From Eledone cirrhosa (taxonomy: Eukaryota), in NCBI GenBank assembly GCA_964016885.1, contig OZ024740.1:440324001-440388000 (forward strand): a stretch of 64,000 bases of DNA, written 5' to 3'. The notes under the pieces were generated by a model, which had not been told where the DNA came from, did not search any database, and worked only from the letters and a program-made list of their open reading frames with translations. Positions 1-9,604 of the stretch are shown piece after piece; position 1 is the stretch's first letter; each line of letters begins with the position of its first letter. A program made the translations under genes and the position numbers.

Positions 1-3000
1 TGTGGTTGTGTGTGTGGTTGTGTGTGTGGTTGTATGTGTGGTTGTGTGTGTTTGTGTGGTTGTGTGTGTGGTTCTGTGTGTGTTTGTATGTATGGTTGTG
101 TGTGTGGTTGTGTGTGTGGTTGTGTGTGTGGTTGTATGTGTGGCTGTGTGTGTTTGTGTGGTTGTGTGTGTGGTTGTGTTTGTGGTTGTGTGTGTGGTTG
201 TGTGTGTGGTTGTGTGTGTGGCTGTGTGTGTGGTTGTGTGTGTGGTTGTGTGTGTGGTTGTGTGTGTGGTTGTATGTATGGTTGTGTGTGTGGTTGTGTG
301 TGTGGTTGTGTGTGTGGTTGTGTGTGTTTGTGTGGTTGTGTGTGTGGTTGTGTGTATGGTTGTGTGTGTGGTTGTGTGTGTGGTTGTGTGTGTGGTTGTG
401 TGTGTGGTTGTATGTGTGGTTGTGTGTGTGGTTGTGTGTGTGGTTGTGTGTGTGGTTGTGTGTGTGGTTGTGTGTGTGGTTGTGTGTGTGGTTGTATGTG
501 TGGGAGTGTGTGTGGTTGTATGTATGGTTGTGTGTGTGGTTGTGTGTATGGTTGTCGGTGTGTGGTTGTGGGTGTGGTTGTGTGTGTGGTTGTGTGTGTG
601 GTTGTGTGTGTGGTTGTATGTGTGGTTGTGTGTGTTTGTGTGGTTGTGTGTGTGGTTGTGTGCGTGGTTGTGTGTGTGGTTGTATGTGGGGGAGTGTGTG
701 TGGTTGTGTGTGTGGTTGTATGTATGGTTGTGTGTGTGGTTGTGTTTGTGGTTGTGTGTGTGGTTGTGTGTGTTTGTGTGGTTGTGTGTGTGGTTGTATG
801 TATGGTTGTGTGTGTGGTTGTATGTGTGGTTGTGTGTGTGGTTGTGTGTGTTTGTGTTGTTGTGTGTGTGGTTGTGTGTATGGTTGTGTGTGTGGTTGTG
901 TGTGTGGTTGTGTGTGTGGTTGTATGTGTGGTTGTGTGTGTGGTTGTGTGTGTGGTTGTGTGTGTGGTTGTGTGTGTGGTTGTGTGTGTGGTTGTGTGTG
1001 TGGTTGTGTGTGTGGTTGTGTGTGTGGTTGTGTGTGTGGTTGTATGTATGGTTGTGTGTTTGGTTGTGTGTGTGGTTGTGTGTGTGGTTGTATGTGTGGT
1101 TGTGTGTTTGGTTGTGTGTGTGGTTGTATGTATGGTTGTATGTGTGTTTGTGTGTGTTTGTGTGGTTGTGTGTGTGGTTGTGTGTGTGGTTGTATGTGTG
1201 GTTGTATGTATGGTTGTGTGTGTGGTTGTGTGTGTGGTTGTGTGTGGTTGTGTGTGTGGTTGTATATGTGGTTGTGTGTGTGGTTGTGTGTGTGGTTGTA
1301 TGTGTGGTTGTGTGTGTTTGTGTGGTTGTGTGTGTGGTTGTGTGTGTAGTTGTATGTATGGTTGTGTGTGTGGTTGTGTGTGTGGTTGTGTGTGTGGTTG
1401 TATGTGTGGCTGTGTGTGTTTGTGTGGTTGTGTGTGTGGTTGTGTTTGTGGTTGTGTGTGTGGTTGTGTGTGTGGTTGTGTGTGTGGCTGTGTGTGTGGT
1501 TGTGTGTGTGGTTGTGTGTGTGGTTGTGTGTGTTTGTGTGGTTGTGTGTGTGGTTGTATGTATGGTTGTGTGTGTGGTTGTGTGTGTGGTTGTGTGCCTG
1601 GTTGTGTGTTTGTGTGGTTGTGTGTGTGGTTGTGTGTATGGTTGTGTGTGTGGTTGTGTGTGTGGTTGTGTGTGTGTGGTTGTGTGTGTGGTTGTGTGTG
1701 TGTGGTTGTGTGTGTGGTTGTGTGTATGGTTGTGTGTGTGGTTGTGTGTGTGGTTGTGTGTGTGGTTGTGTGTGTGGTTGTGTGTGTGGTTGTGTGTGCG
1801 GTTGTATGTGTGGTTGTGTGTGTGGTTGTGTGTGTGGGTGTATGTTTTGTTGTATGTGTGTTTGTGTGTGTTTGTGTGGTTGTGTGTGTGGTTGTGTGTG
1901 TGGTTGTATGTATGGTTGTATGTGTGTTTGTGTGTGTTTGTGTGGTTGTGTGTGTGGTTGTGTGTGTGGTTGTATGTGTGGTTGTATGTATGGTTGTGTG
2001 TGTGGTTGTGTGTGTGGTTGTGTGTGGTTGTGTGTGTGGTTGTATATGTGGTTGTGTGTGTGGTTGCGTCTGTGGTTGTATGTGTGGTTGTGTGTGTGGT
2101 TGTGTGTGTGGTTGTATGTATGGTTGTGTGTGTGGTTGTGTGTGTGGTTGTGTGTGTGGTTGTATGTATGGTTGTGTGTGTGGTTGTATGTGTGGCTGTG
2201 TGTGTATGTGTGGTTGTGTGTGTGGTTGTGTTTGTGGTTGTGTCTGTGGTTGTGTGTGTGGTTGTGTGTGTGGCTTTGTGTGTGGTTGTGTGTGTGGTTG
2301 TGTGTGTGGTTGTGTGTGTTTGTGTGGTTGTGTGTGTGGTTGTATGTATGGTTGTGTGTGTGGTTGTGTGTGTGGTTGTGTGTGTGGTTGTGTGTGTGGT
2401 TGTATGTATGGTTGTGTGTGTGGTTGTGTGTGTGGTTGTGTGTGTGGTTGTGTGTGTGGTTGTGTGTGTGGTTGTGTGTGTGGTTGTATGTATGGTTGTG
2501 TGTTTGGTTGTGTGTGTGGTTGTGTGTGTGGTTGTATGTGTGGTTGTGTGTGTGGTTGTGTGTGTGGTTGTATGTGTGGTTGTGTGTGTGGTTGTGTGTG
2601 TGGTTGTATGTGTGGTTGTGTGTATGGTTGTATGTGTGGTTGTGTGTTTGGTTGTGTGTGTGGTTGTGTGTGTGGTCGTATGTGTGGTTGTGTGTGTGGT
2701 TGTGTGTGTGGTCGTATGTGTGGTTGTGTGTGTGGTTGTGTGTGTGGTTGTATGTATGGTTGTATGTGTGTTTGTGTGTGTTTGTGTGGTTGTGTGTGTG
2801 GTTGTGTGTGTGGTTGTATGTGTGGTTGTGTGTGTGGTTGTGTGTGTAGTTGTATGTGTGGTTGTGTGTGTGGTTGTGTGTGTGGTTGTATGTATGGTTG
2901 TATGTGTGTTTGTGTGTGTTTGTGTGGTTGTGTGTGTGGTTGTGTGTGTGGTTGTATGTGTGGTTGTATGTATGGTTGTGTGTGTGTGGTTGTGTGTGTG

Positions 3001-4806
3001 GTTGTGTGTGGTTGTGTTTGTGGTTGTATGTGTGGTTGTGTGTGTGGTTGTGTGTGTGGTTGTATGTGTGGTTGTGTGTGTTTGTGTGGTTGTGTGTGTG
3101 GTTGTGTGTGTGGTTGTATGTATGGTTGTGTGTGTGATTGTGTGTGTGGTTGTGTGTGTGGTTGTATGTGTGGCTGTGTGTGTTTGTGTGGTTGTGTGTG
3201 TGGTTTATTTGTGGTTGTGTGTGTGGTTGTGTGTGTGGTTGTGTGTGTGGCTGTGTGTGTGGTTGTGTGTGTGGTTGTGTATGTGGTTGTGTGTGTGTTT
3301 GTGTGTGTGGCTGTGTGTGTGGTTGTGTGTGTGGTTGTATGTGTGGTTGTGTATGTGGTTGTGTGTGTTTGTGTGGTTGTGTGTGTGGTTGTGTGTGTGG
3401 TTGTGTGTGTGGCTGTGTGTGTGGTTGTGTGTGTGGTTGTATGTGTGTTTGTGTATGTGGTTGTGTGTGTGGTTGTGTGTGTGGTTGTGTGTATGGTTGT
3501 GTGTGTGATTGTGTGTGTGGTTGTGTGTGTGGTTGTGTGTGTGGTTGTGTGTGTGGTTGTGTGTATGGTTGTGTGTGTGGTTCTGTGTGTTTGTGTGGTT
3601 GTGTGTGTGGTTGTGTGTGTGGTTGTGTATGTGGTTGTGTGTGTGGTTGTGTATGTGGTTGTGTGTGTTTGTGTGTGTGGTCGTGTGTGTGGTTGCGTGT
3701 GTGGCTGTGTGTGTGATTCTGTGTGTGGTTGTATGTGTGGTTGTGTATGTGGTTGTGTGTGTGTGGTTGTGTGTGTGGTTGTGTGTATGGTTGTGTGTGT
3801 GGTTGTGTGTGTGGTTGTGTGTGTGGTTGTGTGTGTGGTTGTGTGTGTGGTTGTGTGTGTGGTTGTGTGTATGGTTGTGTGTGTGGTTGTGTGTGTTTGT
3901 GTGGTTGTGTGTGTGGTTGTGTGTGTGGTTGTGTATGTGGTTGTATGTGTGGTTGTGTATGTGGTTGTGCGTGTTTGTGTGGTTGTGTGTGTGGTTGTGT
4001 GTGTGGTTGTGTGTGTGTGGTTGTGTGTGTGTGGTTGTATGTATGGTTGTGTGTGGTTGTGTGTGTGGTTGTGTGTGTGGTTGTGTGTGTGGTTGTGTGT
4101 GTGTGGTTGTGTGTGTGGTTGTATGTGTGGGAGTGTGTGTGGTTGTGTGTATGGTTGTGTGTGTGGTTGTGGGTGTGGTTGTGTGTGTGGTTGTGTGTGT
4201 GGTTGTGTGTGTTTGTGTGGTTGTGTGTGTTGTTGTGTGTGTTTGTGTGGTTGTATGTGTGGTTGTGTGTGTTTGTGTGGTTGTGTGTGTTGTTGTGTGT
4301 GTGGTTGTGTGTGTGGTTGTGGGTGTGTGTGTGGTTGTGTGTTTGGTTGTATGTGTAGTTGTGTGTGTGGTTGTGTGTGTGTTTGTATGTGTGGTTGTAT
4401 GTGTGGTTGTATGTGTGGTTGTATGTGTGGTTGTGTGTGTGGTTGTGTGTGTGGTGGTGTGTGTGGTTGTGTGTGTCGTTGTGTGTGTGGGTGTGTGTGT
4501 GGGTGTGTGTGTGGTTGTGTGTTTGGTTGTATGTGTAGTTGTGTGTGTGGTTGTGTGTGTGGTTGTATGTGTGGTTGTATGTGTGGTTGTATGTGTGGTT
4601 GTATGTGTGGTTGTGTGTGTGGTTGTATGTGTGGTTGTGTGTGTGCGGTTGTATGTGTCGTTGTGTGTGTGGGTGTGTGTGTGGTTGTGTGTGTGGTTGT
4701 ATGTGTGGTTGTGTGTGTGGTTGTGTGTGTGGTTGTGTGTGTGGTTGTGTGTGTGGTTGTGTGTGTTGTTGTGTGTGTGGTTGTGTGTGTTTGTGTGGTT
4801 GTGTGT
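1..4806. repeat. 12-bp TG-rich minisatellite, consensus (TGTGTGTGGTTG)n, roughly 400 units, truncated by the window start
   Basis: GGTT recurs about every 12 nt within TG dinucleotides. Common variants are TGTATG, GTTT and GGCT, with occasional 10-, 14- and 18-bp units. The + strand is almost entirely G and T. Confidence 0.97.
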
Positions 4807-4924
4807 ATGCATGTATATACACACACACACACATATAGATACAATTGTGTATGAATGTATGAGTAAGTGGATATACTGGCTATATGAATTGTTAGGTGGA
4901 TACACACACATATATATATATATA

Positions 4925-5004
4925 TGTGTGTGTGTGTGTCTGGTTATCTATGTGTGTGTGTGTCTGTGTGTCTATATGTGTGTGCGTGTCTGTGTGGGTG
5001 AGTG

Positions 5005-5037
<33 letters not shown>

Positions 5038-5730
5038 CTATATGTGTGTGTGTGTGTGTGTCTGTGTGTCTATGTGTGTATGTATGTGTGTGTGTGTGTG
5101 TGCACGTGTGTGTATGTGTGTGTCTATGTGTCTTTGTGTGTATGTATGTGGGTGTGTGTGTGTGTGTGCACGTGTGTGTAGGTGTGTGTGTGTGTCTATG
5201 TGTGTCTGTATGTGTGTGTGTCTGTGTGTCTATGTGTGTGTGTGTATGTATATGTGTGTGTGTGTCTATGTGTGTGCGGGTGTGTGTCTATGTGTGTGCG
5301 GGTGTGTGTGTATATGTGTGTATGTGTGTGTGTGTGTATGTCTGTGTATGTGTGTATGTGTGTGTGTGTGTTTGTGTGTCTATGTGTGTGTGTCTGTGTG
5401 TCTGTGTGTTTGTGTGTATGTATGTATGTGTATCTATGTGTCTGTGTTTGTGTGTCTATGTGTGTGTGTGTGTATGTCTATGTGTGTGTGTGTCTATGTG
5501 TATGTGTGTGTCTGTGTGTCTATATATGTGTGTCTGTGTGTGTGTGTCTATCTATGTGTGTGTGTGTGTGTCTATGTGTGTCTGTGTGTCTATGTGTGTG
5601 TATGTGTGTCTGTGTGTGTCTATCTATGTGTGTGTGTCTATCTATGTGTGTGTGTGTCCATCTATGTGTATGTGTGTGTGTCTATCTATCTATGTGTGTG
5701 TGTGTGTCTATATATGTGTGTGTGTGTGTG
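4925..5730. repeat. Degenerate (TG)n microsatellite interrupted by TCTA/TCTG/TATG
   Basis: TG runs punctuated by GTCTAT and GTCTGT motifs. There is no GGTT periodicity, so it is distinct from the upstream 12-mer. Confidence 0.93.
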
Positions 5731-6056
5731 CATTGGAAAGCAGTAGGAAATAAATTACAACACGAAGAAACAGTGAATTTCATAATATTGAAATATAAAC
5801 ATATAAATAGTGGGGATATGGTGGAGTTAGGAAGAAAGTATGGAAGGATAGAAGAGAAGAAAATGGCAACATAAGAATATGTAGATATAAGATATTAGGG
5901 TAGAGTGAGTGTAACAGAGAAGATGAGAGACAACGAAATATAGGAAGGTATTGAGAGAAGGGGAGGGGAGATAGTGAGAGAGAGAAAACAACGTAGTTCT
6001 GTGTTATGTATAATGTACAATAGATATATACATGTGTGTACGCTACATACACACAC

Positions 6057-6059
6057 GTA

Positions 6060-6096
<37 letters not shown>

Positions 6097-6250
6097 TGTA
6101 TATAGTATATCTCCCAAAAATGTATACACACTTCAACAGCATTCTAATCAAAGTGTATATATATATATATATATATGCATATATTTACGTGTGAAAGTAC
6201 CTGTAAGCAAATATATAGAGAGTACATGTAAGTATATATATATATATATA
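6057..6250. repeat. Cluster of (TA)n microsatellite runs
   Basis: TA runs at about 6057-6096, 6156-6176 and 6234-6250. The last run abuts the palindromic element. Confidence 0.9.
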
Positions 6251-6903
6251 TTGGTAAACGGAATAGAAAATGCTGACAAATTGTTCACAGTTGAAAAATG
6301 GTTTAATTAGGAATAAAAGAGTATTAGTGATTGTATGGGTTAGTATTCAGTTGTGGTTTAAAGTTTTTAAGCTTTTACCGGTTGCGCATTTCTAAATGCT
6401 TTTCAAAAATAATTTTGAGATAGAGTGTCCGTGCTGTTTGCTCTGATCTGATTAGTTTTGGGAATTCTACCTGTTTTTATGTTAAAAAAATGGCTCCAGC
6501 GTTATTTTTGTGTTGCAAAAATGCTTGTGGTCAAAACAATTTTGATTGGTCGGTAGAGGTCATGTGAATGTAAAAGCTTTTTACATTCACATGACCTCTA
6601 CCGACCAATCAAAATTGTTTTGACCACAAGCATTTTTGCAACACAAAAATAACGCTGGAGCCATTTTTTTAACATAAAAACAGGTAGAATTCCCAAAACT
6701 AATCAGATCAGAGCAAACAGCACGGACACTCTATCTCAAAATTATTTTTGAAAAGCATTTAGAAATGCGCAACCGGTAAAAACTTAAAAACTTTAAACCA
6801 CAACTGAATACTAACCCATACAATCACTAATACTCTTTTATTCCTAATTAAACCATTTTTCAACTGTGAACAATTTGTCAGCATTTTCTATTCCGTTTAC
6901 CAA
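6251..6903. mobile_element. 653-bp near-perfect palindrome; putative non-autonomous foldback/MITE-like DNA element inserted in (TA)n
   Basis: 6251-6575 is the reverse complement of 6579-6903 (paired positions sum to 13154, no indels). There is one mismatch (C6372 vs A6782) and a 3-nt spacer GCT at 6576-6578. Termini are TTGGTAAACGG...CCGTTTACCAA with TATATA on both sides. The palindrome is directly seen; the mobile-element call is inference. Confidence 0.7.
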
Positions 6904-6938
6904 TATATAATAACTTGTGTGTTACACCTCTATTCTTT

Positions 6939-7056
<118 letters not shown>

Positions 7057-7205
7057 GATATCGAAAATGCAACTGGAGTCTTTTTTTTTTTTAATATATA
7101 TATTTATTTGGTTCCTTTACCGGTTTCATCTTTTTTTCTTTATACTTTCACTCGTGTAGGACACCTCGGTTGTTTTCATTTTGTAAAAAAAAACACTTTC
7201 TAATA

Positions 7206-7211
<6 letters not shown>

Positions 7212-7255
<44 letters not shown>
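7212..7255. repeat. (TA)22 microsatellite
   Basis: Perfect TA run lying immediately 3' (minus-strand sense) of the hammerhead motif. Confidence 0.95.
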
Positions 7256-7257
<2 letters not shown>

Positions 7258-8456
7258 AACAAGTAAGACCCCGACGGCTGAGCTCAAGCCGTTTCGACGG
7301 CTAATTCTGGACTGAATGAAAATTTATTCTGGTATTTAAATAGCCGAGCTTATCAAGGGGTAATTCCATATATGGTCAAAGAGATAATCACCAGGATTGG
7401 TCACATCACAAGTTAGTAGTAAATCTGTGATGGCAAATTGGTGGGGGAAGGGGTAGCTAAACCTGCCGGAAGGAGAAAAGGGGAGAGGGGGTAAGGCCGG
7501 CTACAGCTGGGCGTGAGGTCAAAGATGATACTGGGGAGGGGGAGGGTGAGGAAGTCGAAACGGTAAGTAGAACAATGAAGGGTAAAAACTATAAAAAGTA
7601 CTGAGAGAGAAAAAAAAAAAAACAAAGTCTGGTTACTAAGACTTAAGTCTCTCGCTATTGCTAGGCTAAAGAAATACATAAATAAATAAACAAATAAGTG
7701 AATAAAAGAATAGATAAATAAATTTAAAAAAAATATATATATAATGAAGAATAAAAAAAAAATAATAATAATAAAAATAAACTAGGTGGGACGGAAATAA
7801 AGGGACCCTTATACGAGGTATAAGTGCGTGTATCGTACGGTCGGGTCAACGAAGGGGGGCCCAAAATACTAAAGAGACTACCACGAAATAATAAAGGTTT
7901 CTACCCCAATCACAGGGCCAGCAACCACCCAGTGCAAGAAAGTAAACTAGTACGAGAATATAATTCAGGGTCCCGCAAAAAAATACTAGTGCTAACTCTA
8001 AGGGTACCGCCACGAAACAAAAAGTATTATACAAGCTACATGAAAGATCGTACGAAGTAAAAGTAAAGAACGGAAAATTAATACAGAAACACCCCCCCCC
8101 CCAAAAAAAAAAGGGAAAAAGAAGAAAGAAATACTGGATAAACGAGAAATTGAAGCAAAGATGCCACTAAGAAATATAGAAGGCACGGAAAAAAAGCACA
8201 GCGGTCGGAGAAGGGGGCAAGTATCCGAAGTCTAACACCTCTGCTATAAAAAGCGGAGTGAGCCAAATCTATCATAGAATAGGGGAGGGGGTGGGGGTGC
8301 TGAAGCTACAAGGGACCGAGGAGCTACCTCGTGTGGGCGAGAAAAAGACGACGACAAAGAACAGGAACTGGGGTAGAAGGACTAGGGAGGGATGGGGTGA
8401 AGGAGGAAATATAGAGGAAGCGATAAAAGAATGTCAAAGAAGATTTTACGTCTCCA
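7256..8456 (-). mobile_element. Possible non-coding remnant or terminus of a Penelope-like element or retrozyme (far boundary uncertain)
   Basis: A hammerhead motif next to a (TA)n run, with CCAAT and TATTTAAATA motifs nearby and pyrimidine-rich minus-strand sequence upstream. Type I hammerheads in animals are known from Penelope-like pLTRs and retrozymes. I recognise no RT or GIY-YIG coding remnant. Confidence 0.35.
7268..7361 (-). ncRNA. Type I hammerhead ribozyme motif, U3-A8 core variant
   Basis: The minus strand reads ACCCC-UUGAUAA-G-CU-CGGCUA-(37 nt)-UAGCCG-U-C-GAA-ACGGCU-UGAGCUC-AGCCGU-C-GGGGU. Stem I is ACCCC/GGGGU. The core UUGAUAA is CUGANGA with C3U and G8A. Stem II is a G-C pair plus CGGCUA/UAGCCG, followed by GAAA. 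Stem III is ACGGCU/AGCCGU, followed by a GUC triplet, with predicted cleavage between 7273 and 7272. Confidence 0.8.
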
Positions 8457-9604
8457 TTGGATGTAGTATGTGTGATAGGGATGTAGAGTGTGTTATATGG
8501 ATGTAACATGTGTGTGATATCGATGTAGAGTGTAGTGATATGGATGTAGAGAGTTTGATATAGATGTAGAATATGTGATATAGATGTAGAATGTGTGATA
8601 TGGTTGTAGAGTTTGTGATATGGATGTAGAGAGTGTGCTATGAATGTAGAATGTGTGATATTGATGAAGAGTGTGTGATATAGATGTAACCTGTGTGTCA
8701 TATGGATGTAGAATGTGTGATATGGGTGTAGAGTGTGTGATATGTATATAGAATGTGCCATATGGATGTATAGTGTGTGATATGGATATAGAATGTGCCA
8801 TATGGATGTAGAGTGTATGATATGGATGTAGGGTGTGTGATATGCATATAGAGTGTGTGATATGGATATAGGGTGTGCGATATGGATTCAGAGTGTGTCA
8901 TATGGATGTAGCGTGCCTGATATGGATGTAGAGTATGTGAAATGGATGTAGAATGTGTGATATAGATGTAGAGCGTGTTACATGGATGTAGTGTGTGTGA
9001 TATGGATGTAGAATGTGTGATATGGATGTAGAATGTGTGATATCGATGTAGAGTGTGTGATATGGATGTAGAGTGTGTGATATGGATGGAGAGTGTGTGA
9101 TATGGATGTAGAATGTGTGATATTGATGTAGAGTGTGTGATATGGATGTAGAGTGTAGCAATATGGATGTAGAATGTGTGATATGGATGTAGAGCGCCTG
9201 ATATGGATGTAGAGTATGTGATATGGATCTAGAATGTGCGATATGGATGTAGAGTGTGTGATATGGATGGAGAGTGTGTGATATGGATGTAGAATGTGTG
9301 ATATTGATGTAGAGTATGTGATATGGATGTAGAGTGTAGCAATATGGATGTAGAATGTGTGATATGGATGTAGAGCGCCTGATATAGATGTAGAGTATGT
9401 GATATGGATCTAGAATGTGCGATATGGATGTAGAGTGTGTGACATGGATGTAGAGTGTGTGATATGGATATAGAATATGTGATATAGATGTAGAATTTGA
9501 GATATGGATATAGAGTGTGTGATATGGATGTAGAGTGTAGTTATATGGATGTTGAACGTGTAATATGGATGTAGAATTTGTGATATGGATGTAGAGTGTG
9601 TGAA

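Noticed and set aside
1-4806. Telomeric repeat tract
   Set aside because: The unit is not one I recognise as telomeric, it is heterogeneous, and the G-rich strand points into the window rather than toward an end at position 1. A subtelomeric location is not excluded.
2-5874. Long Cys/Val/Trp-rich (+) and His/Thr-rich (-) ORFs up to 1,614 aa, superficially metallothionein- or keratin-associated-like
   Set aside because: They are translations of the 12-bp and (TG)n repeats. Overlapping frames are open together, there is no unique domain, and indels shift frames freely.
6251-6903. Protelomerase or hairpin-telomere dimer junction of a linear replicon
   Set aside because: Symmetry stops at TA repeats with unrelated flanks on each side and no replicon genes are nearby, so a foldback insertion is the simpler explanation.
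7291-7320. A plus-strand hammerhead or tRNA T-loop suggested by CTGAATGA and GTTTCGA
   Set aside because: CTGAATGA does not fit CUGANGA and has no downstream stem and GAAA. No cloverleaf forms, and the minus-strand hammerhead already explains GTTTCG.
7440-7555. G-rich tracts as a G-quadruplex element (also ~8281-8297 and ~8369-8397)
   Set aside because: G-runs are present but irregularly spaced within generally purine-rich sequence, which is too weak to call a feature.
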